Assembly (NCBI GenBank): GCA_963666565.1
Contig: OY762911.1
Span: forward strand, 288,001-352,000
Origin: Thermoanaerobaculia bacterium
GTDB lineage: Bacteria > Acidobacteriota > Thermoanaerobaculia > Multivoradales > Multivoraceae
Length of the DNA: 64,000 nt
Direction of reading: 5' to 3'
In this document: positions 10,117-20,112 of the stretch, in pieces
How the letters are laid out: each line of letters opens with the position of its first letter
How positions within the stretch are numbered: position 1 is the stretch's first letter
Translations under genes and position numbers: made by a program
Notes under the pieces: generated by a model
Told to the model about the DNA's origin: nothing
Databases searched by the model: none
What the model saw: the letters and a program-made list of their open reading frames with translations, nothing else

Positions 10117-11216
10117 TCCGGCGCCCCGAAGCGCTCGCCGACCGCCAGGCGCAGGCCGTTCGCCAGGTCGACGCCGCCGACCGCGCGGCGGCCCGGCCGC
10201 TGCACGCGGTCGAGCGCCAGGGTCGATCCGCCGCCGCAACGGACCAGGGCGGCCCGGCCGAGGCCCTCGATCCGATGGCACCCCAGGAACGTGCCCGGCC
10301 CACCGGACGAGCCGGTCTTCCGACCCGCCGCCGCCTCCACGCCACCGTCGCCATCCAGCGCGGCCTGCCCACCGGGTGCGCGAGTCTTCCGACCCGCTGC
10401 CGCCGCCTCCGGGCCGCCGGCGCCAACCGGCACGTCGGGCAGGCTCACGGGCCGCGCCGCGACGATCCGCACAGCTTCGCCCCGCAGCCAGGCGCGCGAC
10501 CCGGGCCACGGCTCGTAGGCGCGCACCCGGCAGGCGATGTCGCCGGCTTCCCGGTTCCAGTCCACGACGCCGTCGGCCGCGCGGAGCATCGGCGCATGGG
10601 TCGCGCGCGCGCCGCACTGCGGCCGGGGCGCGACCTCGCCGCACTCCAGGCCGTCGAGCGTGCGGACGAGCAGCCGGGCGCCGGCGGCGGCAAGGCGCGG
10701 CGTCAGCTCGCCGGCGGTCTCGCGTGGGCCGATCGCCACTTCCTCCCGAAGCAGGATCGGCCCGGTGTCGAGTCCTTCCTCCATGACCATCGTGGTGACT
10801 CCCGTCACCGTGTCGCCGTTCGCGATCGCCGCCTGGATCGGCGAGGCGCCGCGCCAGGCCGGCAGCAGGGAGGCGTGGACGTTCAGGCAGCCGCCGGCCG
10901 GCAGCTCGAGCAGCGCCCGCGGGAAGATCCTGCCGTAGGCCGCGACGACGGCCAGGTCGGGGTCCAGCGCGCGGAGCCGTTCGAGGAACTCGTCGTCCCG
11001 CACCTTCGCCGGCTGCAGCAGGTCGATGCCGTGCCGGGCCGCCCAGCGGGCGACCGGCGGTTCGGCGAGCCGGCCGCCCCGGCCCGCGCGCCGGGCAGGC
11101 TGGCTGACGACCGCGAACGGACGGCGGCCCGCCGCGTCCAGGGCGGCCAGCGACGGCACCGCGAACTCCGGCGTGCCGAAGAAGACGATCCTCTCGAAGC
11201 TCGGCCGCGCGGACAT
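10113..11216 (-). CDS. fmt: Methionyl-tRNA formyltransferase with repeat-derived insertion
   Basis: FGTPEFA, NVHASLLPAWRGASPI, GLDTGP. Confidence 0.95.
   Translation of the reverse strand: MSARPSFERIVFFGTPEFAVPSLAALDAAGRRPFAVVSQPARRAGRGGRLAEPPVARWAARHGIDLLQPAKVRDDEFLERLRALDPDLAVVAAYGRIFPRALLELPAGGCLNVHASLLPAWRGASPIQAAIANGDTVTGVTTMVMEEGLDTGPILLREEVAIGPRETAGELTPRLAAAGARLLVRTLDGLECGEVAPRPQCGARATHAPMLRAADGVVDWNREAGDIACRVRAYEPWPGSRAWLRGEAVRIVAARPVSLPDVPVGAGGPEAAAAGRKTRAPGGQAALDGDGGVEAAAGRKTGSSGGPGTFLGCHRIEGLGRAALVRCGGGSTLALDRVQRPGRRAVGGVDLANGLRLAVGERFGAPE
10311..10408. repeat. Two degenerate repeat arms inside fmt coding sequence
   Basis: GGTCTTCCGACCCGC at ~10313 and GGGTGCGCGAGTCTTCCGACCCGC at ~10374. 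Confidence 0.8.
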
Positions 11217-11286
11217 GAGCGCGAGCCTAGCGCCCGACGTTCTCCGGCCCCCTTCGGCGAATGCGGGTCAGGCACCCGGCTGGCGA

Positions 11287-13650
11287 CTACTCGAACGCGA
11301 TCTGCGACTGGTCGATCTCTTCGAAGTAGTCCGGGGGCACGAGGACGTCCCGGGGCTTGCTACCCTGGGCCGGGCCCAGGATGCCGTCCTGCTCCATCAG
11401 ATCGACGAGGCGCGAGGCGCGCGAAAAGCCCACCCTCATGCGGCGCTGGAGGAAGCTCGCCGATCCCATCCGTTCCGAGACGACCAGCCGGGCCGCCTCG
11501 TCGTAGAGGACGTCGCCGCCGCCGTTGTCGCCGCCGTGCGCGGAACGCTCCTCCGGCGGCGGCGCCAGCACGGCCGGGTCGAGGTTGGGCTGGCCCTGGC
11601 GCTTGAGCCAGCGAACCAGCGCCGCCGTTTCCTGCTCGGTCACGAAGGCGCCGTGGAGGCGAAGCGTCCGGGCGCTGCCCGGCGGCATGAACAGCATGTC
11701 GCCCTTGCCAAGCAGTTTCTCGGCGCCGACCTGGTCGAGGATCGTGCGCGAGTCGTGCCGGGTCGCCGCCGCGTACGAGATCCGGCACGGGAAGTTCGCC
11801 TTGATCGTGCCGGTCAGGACGTCGACGGACGGGCGCTGGGTGGCGACGATCAGGTGGATGCCGACCGCGCGCGCCATCTGCGCCAGCCGGGCGATCGAGG
11901 TCTCGACCTCGGACGAGGCGACCATCATCAGGTCGGCCAGTTCGTCGATCACGATCACGTAGTACGGGAGCGGTTCGAGACTGCGCGGTTCGGCGGGTTC
12001 GTCCGCCTCCTCGTCCCGCAGCCGCAGCCGGCGGGCCACCTCCGGATCGGCGATCGCCTCGTTGTAGAAAGCGATCGACCGGACGTGAACCTCGGCGAGC
12101 AGACGGTAGCGGCGCTCCATCTCGGCCACCGCCCAGCGCAGCGCGTTCGAAGCCTGCTTCGGCTCCACCACGACCGCAGTCTTCAGGTGCGGGATGTCCG
12201 CGTAGACCCCGAGTTCGATCCGCTTCGGGTCGATCAGGATGAACTGGACTTCGTCGCTCCGCGCCCGGTAGAGGATCGAGGTCAGCATGCCCTGGAGGCC
12301 GACGCTCTTGCCGGCGCCGGTGGCCCCCGCGACCAGCAGATGCGGCATCTTCGCGAGGTCCGCGAAGTACGGTTCGCCGCGAAGCGTCCGCCCGAGCGCC
12401 ATGGTGAGCGGGGACTTGCCGTCCCGGCACTCCGGTTCGGCCAGGAGGCTGCCCAGCGGAATGATCGTCCGGCGCTTGTTCGGCACCTCGATGCCGAGGG
12501 TGGACCGGCCGGGCATCCGCTCGATCCGGATCGCCTCGGCCTTGAGCGAGAGCGCCAGGTCGTCCTGCAGGTTGACGATCTGGGCGACCTTGACGCCGGG
12601 CGCCGGGCGGAACTCGAACACGGTGATGACCGGGCCGGGGCTGATCCCCTCGATCGTGCCTTCGACGCCGAACTCGGCGCAGCGGGCCCGGATCAGTTCG
12701 CCGAGTTCCCGTAGTTCGTCCTCGTCGACCTCGGCGTTCACTTCGTCGCTGAAGAGCAGGTCGAGCGGCGGCAGCTCCGCGTTCTCCGCCTGCGGCTCGG
12801 CCTGCTCCGCCGCCCCGGCCGCGGCCGTCGGGGGCGCCGGCGCGGGGGCTGGCGCGGCCTCGACCGGCGCCGATCGGGCGGCCTTCGCCTTTGCCTTCGC
12901 CTTCTTCCGCGCCGAGCGGCGCAGCGGAAGGTCCGCGAGCGGCGCCTCGCCAGCCTCCGCGTCGGCCTTCTCCTCGCCGCGGTCGGAGGCGCCGGCAGCC
13001 TTCGGCTTCTTCTTCCGCGGCCTCGGCTTGAGCCCGACGAAGAACGCCTTGAGCCCAACGAAGAGTGCCTGGAGCCGTCGCCAGCCGGCGGCGAGAGACT
13101 CGTCCAGGCTGCCGCGCATGGTCAGCGCGATCCCGAACACGAGGGCCGAGAAGGCGATCACTCCGGCGCCGATCCCGCCCAACTGGCTCGCGACCCCGCC
13201 GGCGATCGTCGAGCCCAGGAAGCCGCCGGCGACGAGGGGTTCGCCCCGGAACGACACCTCGCCCGCGGCCAGCGCGATCAGCGTCGGCGTGGCGACCAGG
13301 GCGAGGAAGATGCCGATTCCCTGCAGGACGGACGGAGCGTCCGCGCGAGCGCGCACCAACCGGTAGCCCAGGGCGAGGACCGCCAGCGCCACCGCGAGCA
13401 CGGCGAACCCGAAGAACCCGTAGCCGGCGGCGGCGACGTGGGCGCCCACCGGCCCGATCAGGTTCCCCGTCTCGGCCGGTTCGTCGGCGCTCCGCATGAA
13501 GCTCGGGTCGCTCGGCTGGTAGCTCAGCAGACTGAGCAGCAGCAGCGCGCCGAGCATGAGCAACAGCAGGCCGACCAGTTCTCCGGCCTTGCCGGCCGGA
13601 AGACCGGCGGCCAGCGCAAAGCGCCTGGGGCGATCATCCGAGCGAATCAT
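11287..13650 (-). CDS. ftsK: DNA translocase FtsK/SpoIIIE
   Basis: N-terminal 4TM region, GATGAGKS Walker A, IDELADLMM, gamma domain; start uncertain. Confidence 0.95.
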   Translation of the reverse strand: MIRSDDRPRRFALAAGLPAGKAGELVGLLLLMLGALLLLSLLSYQPSDPSFMRSADEPAETGNLIGPVGAHVAAAGYGFFGFAVLAVALAVLALGYRLVRARADAPSVLQGIGIFLALVATPTLIALAAGEVSFRGEPLVAGGFLGSTIAGGVASQLGGIGAGVIAFSALVFGIALTMRGSLDESLAAGWRRLQALFVGLKAFFVGLKPRPRKKKPKAAGASDRGEEKADAEAGEAPLADLPLRRSARKKAKAKAKAARSAPVEAAPAPAPAPPTAAAGAAEQAEPQAENAELPPLDLLFSDEVNAEVDEDELRELGELIRARCAEFGVEGTIEGISPGPVITVFEFRPAPGVKVAQIVNLQDDLALSLKAEAIRIERMPGRSTLGIEVPNKRRTIIPLGSLLAEPECRDGKSPLTMALGRTLRGEPYFADLAKMPHLLVAGATGAGKSVGLQGMLTSILYRARSDEVQFILIDPKRIELGVYADIPHLKTAVVVEPKQASNALRWAVAEMERRYRLLAEVHVRSIAFYNEAIADPEVARRLRLRDEEADEPAEPRSLEPLPYYVIVIDELADLMMVASSEVETSIARLAQMARAVGIHLIVATQRPSVDVLTGTIKANFPCRISYAAATRHDSRTILDQVGAEKLLGKGDMLFMPPGSARTLRLHGAFVTEQETAALVRWLKRQGQPNLDPAVLAPPPEERSAHGGDNGGGDVLYDEAARLVVSERMGSASFLQRRMRVGFSRASRLVDLMEQDGILGPAQGSKPRDVLVPPDYFEEIDQSQIAFE

Positions 13651-13759
13651 CGACGCCCTCCCACGAAGCGTTGACGGGAACATGCACGGGCCGACGATTG
13701 TATCCGATGTAGCCGAATATGGCTATATTCCTGTGGTTTGGCGGATCGGCGCCGCCGAT

Positions 13760-14569
13760 TCAGGCCCGTGCCGGCCGCCGCCGGGCGCGGAACAGCGCGA
13801 CGAACTCCGCCAGGCCGAGGGCCTCCGCGCGGACCTTCGCCGGCAGTCCCAGGGCCGCGATCGCGGCCGCCGCCGCGGGCCGTCCCAGCGATGGGCCCAG
13901 GTTGTTCAGCAGGGTCTTCCGGCGCTGGCCGAACGCGGTTCGCACCAGCGCCCTGAAGTCGGCCCAGTCGTCGTCCGCGACGGCGGGCTCGATCCGTTCC
14001 AGGCCGACGAAGGCGCTCGTGACGGCCGGCGGCGGCACGAAGCTCCCCGGCGGAACGAGGTTGAGCCGGCGGGCGGCGGCCCGGGCCCGGGTCAGCACGG
14101 TCAGCGCGCCGTAGGCGCCGTCGCCCGGCGCGGCGGTCAGCCGGTCCGCGACCTCGCGCTGAACCAGGAAGGCCGACCGCAGGCCGACCGGGGCGCGCTC
14201 GAGGACCGCGGAGACGATCCGGGTGGCCACGTTGTAGGGCAGATTGCCGGCGATCCGGGTCGCGGCCGGCGCACGGCCGTAGCCGAGGTCGCAGGCGTCG
14301 CCCACGGCGAGCCGGAGCCTGGGGTCGGCGAGGCGCCGGCGCAGCGCGAAGGCCCAGGCCGGATCGAGTTCGCAGGCGAACACGCGGCTAGCGCCCCGCT
14401 CGAGCAGCAGCCGCGTCAGGACGCCGCCGCCGGGACCGATCTCGATCACCGTCCGGCCGGACACGTCCAGGAAGTCGACCGCGGGCGCCGCCGATTCCGC
14501 GTGGCGAAGGTGGTGCTGGCCCAGGGATCGGCGGAGCGGCGGATCGCTCCTGCGCGGCGAGGCGGTCAC
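13760..14569 (-). CDS. rsmA: 16S rRNA dimethyltransferase RsmA/KsgA
   Basis: LGQHHL, EIGPGGG, GNLPYN, FVPPPAVTS, FGQRRKTL; GTG start inferred. Confidence 0.92.
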   Translation of the reverse strand: MTASPRRSDPPLRRSLGQHHLRHAESAAPAVDFLDVSGRTVIEIGPGGGVLTRLLLERGASRVFACELDPAWAFALRRRLADPRLRLAVGDACDLGYGRAPAATRIAGNLPYNVATRIVSAVLERAPVGLRSAFLVQREVADRLTAAPGDGAYGALTVLTRARAAARRLNLVPPGSFVPPPAVTSAFVGLERIEPAVADDDWADFRALVRTAFGQRRKTLLNNLGPSLGRPAAAAAIAALGLPAKVRAEALGLAEFVALFRARRRPARA

Positions 14570-14762
14570 CGGGCCGCACGGTAGCAGCCGGCGGCGGGGG
14601 ACCCGGACTGGACGTTGTTGGCGGACGCGGGTGGTTCTGCAGATGTGGGTGCCGGGGTGCCAACGAGGAGCGGAGCTTCCAAGCGGCTGCTTCGTGCGTC
14701 GGCATAAGCTCGGCGTTCCTGTCACGAGCGCCGTGATCCCTCACCGTCCTTCAGGAGCCGTC

Positions 14763-17084
14763 ATGGATTCAACGAGCCCGCAACCGAGCCGACCGGAAGA
14801 GGCGCCGCCCTGGGAGCCGACTGCCTGCATTCTTTGCGAGTGCAACTGCGGCATCCAGATCCAGCTCGGCGGCGACGACGGGCGGCAGTTTGCGCGCATT
14901 CGCGGCGACCGGGCGAATCCGGTGTCGAAGGGGTACGTCTGCCAGAAGGCCGGCCGGCTGAACCACTACCAGAACAGCCGCGACCGGCTGCTGTCGCCCA
15001 TGCGCCGACGGCCGGACGGCGGTTACGAGGAGATCGACTGGGACACGGCGATCCGCGAGGTCGCCGAGCGGCTGTCGGGCGTGCGCGACCGCTTCGGCGG
15101 CGAGTCGATCTTCTACTATGGCGGCGGCGGCCAGGGGAACCACCTGCCGGGCTTCTACGCCCGCTCCACCCTGCGCGCGCTCGGCTCCACGTTCCGCTCC
15201 AACGCGCTCGCGCAGGAGAAGACGGGCGAGTTCTGGGTCGCCCAGCAGATGGCCGGCGCGCCTTCGCGGGGCGACTTCGAACATTGCGAGGTCGGGGTGT
15301 TCCTGGGCAAGAACCCGTGGCAGTCGCACGGCATCCCCCGCGCGCGGGTGACGCTGCGCGAGCTCTCGAAGGACCCGGAGCGCTGCCTCATCGTGATCGA
15401 CGTCCGGCGCACGGAGACCGCCGACCTGGCCGACATCTTCCTTCAGGTGAAGCCGGGCAGCGACGCCTGGCTGCTGGCGGCGATGCTGGCAGCCCTGCTG
15501 GAGGAGGACCTGACGGACGCGGACTTCATCGCCCGGCACACGGACGGCTTCGAGGACGTGCGCCCCTGGCTGGAGCGGATCGACGTCGCCGCCGCCTGCG
15601 CCGCGTGCGGCGTGCCCGAGGAGCAGGTCCGGCTCGCCACGCGCCGCATCGCGGCCGCGTCGAGCGTCGCCGTGTTCGAGGACCTCGGCGTCCAGATGAA
15701 CCGCAACTCGACCCTCGTCAGCTACCTGCAGCGGCTGGTCTGGATGCTGACCGGCAACTTCGCCAGGCACGGCGCCCAGAACGTCTCCACCTCCCTGGTC
15801 CCGATCGCCGCGTCGCGGTCCGCCGGACCGCGGAAGACGCCGGTGACCGGCGCTCCCGTCATCGCCGGCCTCGTGCCCTGCAACGCGATCGCCGAGGAAA
15901 TCGTCACCGAGCACCCGAAGCGCTTCCGCGCGATGATCGTCGAGAGCGCGAACCCGGCGCACTCCCTGGCGGACAGCAACGCGATGCGCGAGGCGTTGCG
16001 GGCGCTCGAATGCGTCGTCGTCATCGACATCGCGATGACCGAGACCGCCCGCCTGGCCGACTACGTCCTGCCCGCGACCACGCAGTACGAGAAGGCGGAG
16101 GCGGTGTTCTTCAACTTCGAGTTCCCGGACAACGCCTTCTTCCTGCGCCGGCCGCTGCTCGATCCTCCGGCCACCGACAAGGCGGGACCGCTGCCGGAGC
16201 CGGAGATCCACTGCCGGCTCACGGAAGCCCTGGGCGGCTACTCGCAGGGGCAGGTCGACGAACTGCGGGCGGCCCTGCGCGACGGCGGCCGGACCGCGTT
16301 CGGGCTCGCCTTCCAGGCCGCGACCCGGAACGACCCGCGCCTCGCCGGCGTCGCTCCGGCGCTCCTCTACCGCACCCTGGGCGAGACGCTGCCGGACGGC
16401 CTGGAGTCCGCCGCCGCGTTGTGGAGCGCGGCCCACATCTGCGCCCACCGGTTCGGCGACTCGATCCGGCGCGCCGGCATCGAAGGCGAGGGGCCCGCGC
16501 TCGGCGAAGCCCTCTTCGACGCGATCGTCGACAGCCCGACCGGCCTGGTGTTCTCGAGCGACCCGCCCGAGGTCTCCTGGCAGCGCGTCGGGACGGCGAA
16601 CGGGCGCCTCCAGCTCGCGATCCCGGAGCTTTACGGCGCGATCGAGGAACTTCTCGCCGAAGCCGGCCCAGGCATCACCAGCCCGTCGTTCCCGCTCGTG
16701 CTCTCCGCGGGCGAGCGGCGCTCCTACACCGCGAACACGATCTACCGCGACCCGGCCTGGCGGCGGAAGGCGATGGAGGAGGCGCTCGCCCTCTCGGCTG
16801 CCGACGCTGCGGAACTCGAGATCGCCGACGGCGACCGCGTCCGCCTGGTGACGCCACGCGGCGCCGCCGAAGTTCCGGCGATGGTCAGCGACCGGATGCA
16901 GGCGGGGCACATATCGCTGCCGAACGGCCTCGGGCTGGACTACCCGGACGAGGCCGGCGAGCGCGAGAGCGACGGCGTCGCGCCCAACGAACTGACGAGC
17001 GCCGCGGATCGCGACCCGATCGCCGGCACGCCGTGGCACAAGAGCGTGCCGGCGCGCCTGGAGCGCATTGCCGATGCCGGCTAG
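14763..17084 (+). CDS. Molybdopterin-dependent oxidoreductase (DMSO reductase superfamily) with 4Fe-4S domain
   Basis: CILCECNCG...CQK, ANPAHS, ADYVLPA, C-terminal molybdopterin dinucleotide-binding domain. Confidence 0.88.
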   Translation: MDSTSPQPSRPEEAPPWEPTACILCECNCGIQIQLGGDDGRQFARIRGDRANPVSKGYVCQKAGRLNHYQNSRDRLLSPMRRRPDGGYEEIDWDTAIREVAERLSGVRDRFGGESIFYYGGGGQGNHLPGFYARSTLRALGSTFRSNALAQEKTGEFWVAQQMAGAPSRGDFEHCEVGVFLGKNPWQSHGIPRARVTLRELSKDPERCLIVIDVRRTETADLADIFLQVKPGSDAWLLAAMLAALLEEDLTDADFIARHTDGFEDVRPWLERIDVAAACAACGVPEEQVRLATRRIAAASSVAVFEDLGVQMNRNSTLVSYLQRLVWMLTGNFARHGAQNVSTSLVPIAASRSAGPRKTPVTGAPVIAGLVPCNAIAEEIVTEHPKRFRAMIVESANPAHSLADSNAMREALRALECVVVIDIAMTETARLADYVLPATTQYEKAEAVFFNFEFPDNAFFLRRPLLDPPATDKAGPLPEPEIHCRLTEALGGYSQGQVDELRAALRDGGRTAFGLAFQAATRNDPRLAGVAPALLYRTLGETLPDGLESAAALWSAAHICAHRFGDSIRRAGIEGEGPALGEALFDAIVDSPTGLVFSSDPPEVSWQRVGTANGRLQLAIPELYGAIEELLAEAGPGITSPSFPLVLSAGERRSYTANTIYRDPAWRRKAMEEALALSAADAAELEIADGDRVRLVTPRGAAEVPAMVSDRMQAGHISLPNGLGLDYPDEAGERESDGVAPNELTSAADRDPIAGTPWHKSVPARLERIADAG

Positions 17085-17826
17085 CGCCGGCCCGCGTTGC
17101 TCGCCGGAAGGGCGGACCGAGGTCGACCCGGGGATCCGTGCCGTGACCGGGAGAGACGACGGCGGGAGAACGCCGGTCGAAGATCTCGCGGCGAGAGCCG
17201 CGGCCGCTCTCCGGGAAGTCGCCGGCACGGCGGTCGCCGAAGACTCGCGGCGCGACGGCCTGACCGGCCTTCGCAACGGCGAGGCGCTGCACGGCGCGCT
17301 CACCGAGGCGATCCAGGCGACCCAACGCGATGGCGGCCATGTCGGCCTGCTCTTCATCGACCTGGACCGTTTCAAGCGCGTGAACGACCGCCACGGCCAC
17401 GTGACCGGCAGCCGCATCTTGAGCCGTGTGGCGAGGCTCGTCGATGCCGCCGCGAAGCGGGCAGGAGGTCTTGCCGCCCGCTACGGCGGCGACGAGTTCG
17501 TCGTCGTCCTGCCCGGCGCCGACCTCGATGGGTGCCTGCGGCGCGCCGAGGGTCTCCGGTCTGCCCTGGCCGCCACCCTCCTGCCCGGCGGCGAGCCACC
17601 GCGTCGCCGTCCGCTGGTCCGCGTGACCTGCTCCATCGGCGCCGCCTCCGTGCGGCCCGAGGCTGGCGGCGACCGCGACGAGACGTCGGCCCAGGCGGAT
17701 GCCGCAACGCGCCTGCTGCAACTGGCCGACAACGCGATGTACGACGCCAAGCGCGCCGGCCGCAACCGCGTGGCCGCCGCCGGCGCCGAAGCAGCCACCG
17801 GCGCGCTGGGTGCGCGGGTCCTCTGA
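17068..17826 (+). CDS. Stand-alone GGDEF domain protein (diguanylate cyclase)
   Basis: DGLTGL, DLDRFKRVND.HGH, RYGGDEF, ADNAMYDAK.AGRNRV; start uncertain. Confidence 0.88.
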   Translation: MPMPASAGPRCSPEGRTEVDPGIRAVTGRDDGGRTPVEDLAARAAAALREVAGTAVAEDSRRDGLTGLRNGEALHGALTEAIQATQRDGGHVGLLFIDLDRFKRVNDRHGHVTGSRILSRVARLVDAAAKRAGGLAARYGGDEFVVVLPGADLDGCLRRAEGLRSALAATLLPGGEPPRRRPLVRVTCSIGAASVRPEAGGDRDETSAQADAATRLLQLADNAMYDAKRAGRNRVAAAGAEAATGALGARVL

Positions 17827-17948
17827 CCCGCTGCCGCCGAAGGCGGCGAACGGTGTCGCCGCCGGCCTCTGGCCGGCGACCTTGTTGTCCGGGCTGCGCC
17901 GCTTCGCGGCTTCGCCCGCGGGCGGGTCAGAGGACCCGCGCACCCAGC
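17805..17948. repeat. REPIN/MITE-like element, full copy (opposite orientation to 1421 copy)
   Basis: Terminal IRs GCTGGGTGCGCGGGTCCTCTGACCCGC / GCGGGTCAGAGGACCCGCGCACCCAGC. Confidence 0.92.
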
Positions 17949-20104
17949 TACTCGAGGCCGCAACGGCGGATCCAGAACGGTTCCGGCGCTGTTTCGGGCA
18001 AACGGGTCACCGCCGGCAAATCGTGAGCGGCGACGAAGTCGAGGCGATGGCGGCGTAGCGACACGGCGCCGATCGAGAGCGGCCAGGGCGGACGCCGGAA
18101 GGCGAACAGACTGAAGGAGACCGCGGGACGACCGTCGGCGTCGACCGAGAGCACGTCCGGCGGCGAGTCTTCCTGCCCGGTCGACCAGTCGAGACCGAAC
18201 CACAACTCCTCGAAGGCCGCCAGCCAGCCCGGCGGAAGACCCGGCCACGACTGGATCCCGCGATGCGCCGCGGCCCGGAGATCCGGGTCTCCCTCGAAGG
18301 CGGCCGCGGCCAGCAGCAACGGCTCGGCCAGGATGGCGCGGGCCGCCCGCGCGGCCACCCGCGGATCGGCTGCCTCGGCGCCGGCTCCGCGCTCCAGGCG
18401 CATCAGTTCGAACGGGGCGAGCGCCGACAGGGGATCGAGGTCGCACGCCCGCTCGAGCGCCTGCAGCCGCATGTCGACGTCCATGGCCTGATCGACTCCG
18501 GCCATCAGCCACAGGGGCGCCAGACCGTCGGCGGCCTCGGCTGCGGCCCAGGGATCGAGTCGGACGTGGTACAGCGGGAAGGACGGCTCCCGGGCGGCCG
18601 CCCGGCCAAGGAGATCGGTCGTTCCCGCGGTCTCGGCCGCCACCGCGAGTTCGTACGCCCGAGCGGCGGATGTCCGCTGCCAGGTCCAGCCCAGGGCGAC
18701 GACCAGCCAGAGATGGAAGGCGATCCGAAGTCCTCGCCGCCAGCGGCCTCTCTCCAGGGTCGGAGGCGGCCGGCCAGACGCAGCGGCTGCGAGGCCCAGG
18801 TTCAGGATCACGACCGCGGGAACCGCCGTCACGACCGCGAAGACGCCGAAGGCCAGGCAGACTCCGGCGCCCAGCAGGCCCAACAGCGCGGCGGCCAGCA
18901 GCGCCCGGTCCGTGCCAACGGCGGCGTCCTCCCCTACGCCAGCCGGCGCGGGGGACGGTCGGACCAGTTCGCTCAGCCGCCGATGGCCGTATCTGCCAGC
19001 AACGGCCAGCAGCAGGAGCGAACCGACAACGCCCAGTTCGTACGGCGCCTGGGCCAGCAGGCTATGCGCGTCCGTCACCACCTCGCCGGGCGGATGGACG
19101 CCCGGCGCCGGCCGCCAGTGGTTCGCCAGGGTCCAGCTCGTGGACCCCGGACCCCAGCCGAGAACCGGACGCTCCGCGAAGCCGGAGAGAGCCGCCTCGG
19201 CATAGGTGCGGCGCGCCAGGAGCGACGGATCCTCAAGCCGCAGCACCGCGCCGAGACGGCCGATCGGGCCCGGCACGTCGAGCCGGGAACCCGCCCAGGC
19301 TGTCGCGAGCGCCAGTCCGGCGGCGAGCGCCAGCAACGCGACGAGCGGGGCGAGCAGCCGGCGTCCTCTGCTTCGCCAGAGGATCCACGCCGCGGCCGCC
19401 GCCGCCTGCACGGCCAGCGCCGCCAGCCCGGACATCGAGCCGGTGGCCGCCAGCGTCCAGACCAGCGCCGCGCCGACGAAGAGCGCCGCGCCCTGACGCA
19501 GCCGCGGCCGGTCCGGCGCGCCGCCGCGCGGCTCTCCGTCGCCGGGCCGGGACGCCGTGCCGGCCGCGCGCCAGGCGCCGAGCACCGCAAGCGGCAGGAT
19601 CGCCACGAGCACCAGCGCCAACTGGTTGTGGTGGCCGATCGGCAACGCGGCCCGGCCCTGTTCGTGAAGCGGCTGCATGGCCAGCGCCCAGGCGGACGCC
19701 GCCACGCCGACCGCGGCGCAGCCGCCGAGGGTCCAGCGAACGGCCGCCGCCGAGCCGAGCAGCCGGCCGATGCCCGCCGCCGCCCAGGCCGCGGGCAGGA
19801 GGAAGAGAACGATCGCCTCGCCGGCGCGGGCGACCGGGGAGAGAAGCCAGCTCAGGGCGACGGAGAGCCAGAGCGCGCCGAGCAGGGCTGGCCACCAGTT
19901 CCGCCCCGGCGACTCCCGGACGCCGAGCGCCAGCGGATCCAGGAAGGACCGGCGGCCTGGGAGCGCGAACAGGAGCAGCAGAACTGCGCCGGCAGCCAGG
20001 GAGAAGGCGGCAGCGCCGCGGTGGAACGTGCCGGCGTGGAACAGCATCGCCGCCAGGGCGGACACGACGGCGAGGCCGGCGAGCGTTCTCGGGGCGTGCG
20101 CCAC
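17948..20104 (-). CDS. O-antigen ligase family membrane protein
   Basis: Multiple TM helices, GHHNQLA, PVLGWGPGS, DAHSL Wzy_C-like motifs. Confidence 0.75.
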   Translation of the reverse strand: MAHAPRTLAGLAVVSALAAMLFHAGTFHRGAAAFSLAAGAVLLLLFALPGRRSFLDPLALGVRESPGRNWWPALLGALWLSVALSWLLSPVARAGEAIVLFLLPAAWAAAGIGRLLGSAAAVRWTLGGCAAVGVAASAWALAMQPLHEQGRAALPIGHHNQLALVLVAILPLAVLGAWRAAGTASRPGDGEPRGGAPDRPRLRQGAALFVGAALVWTLAATGSMSGLAALAVQAAAAAAWILWRSRGRRLLAPLVALLALAAGLALATAWAGSRLDVPGPIGRLGAVLRLEDPSLLARRTYAEAALSGFAERPVLGWGPGSTSWTLANHWRPAPGVHPPGEVVTDAHSLLAQAPYELGVVGSLLLLAVAGRYGHRRLSELVRPSPAPAGVGEDAAVGTDRALLAAALLGLLGAGVCLAFGVFAVVTAVPAVVILNLGLAAAASGRPPPTLERGRWRRGLRIAFHLWLVVALGWTWQRTSAARAYELAVAAETAGTTDLLGRAAAREPSFPLYHVRLDPWAAAEAADGLAPLWLMAGVDQAMDVDMRLQALERACDLDPLSALAPFELMRLERGAGAEAADPRVAARAARAILAEPLLLAAAAFEGDPDLRAAAHRGIQSWPGLPPGWLAAFEELWFGLDWSTGQEDSPPDVLSVDADGRPAVSFSLFAFRRPPWPLSIGAVSLRRHRLDFVAAHDLPAVTRLPETAPEPFWIRRCGLE

Positions 20105-20112
20105 CGAAGGGC

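Noticed and set aside
14575-14760. Moco riboswitch upstream of the molybdoenzyme
   Set aside because: Only a weak hairpin and no motif I can recognise; an Infernal/Rfam search would be needed
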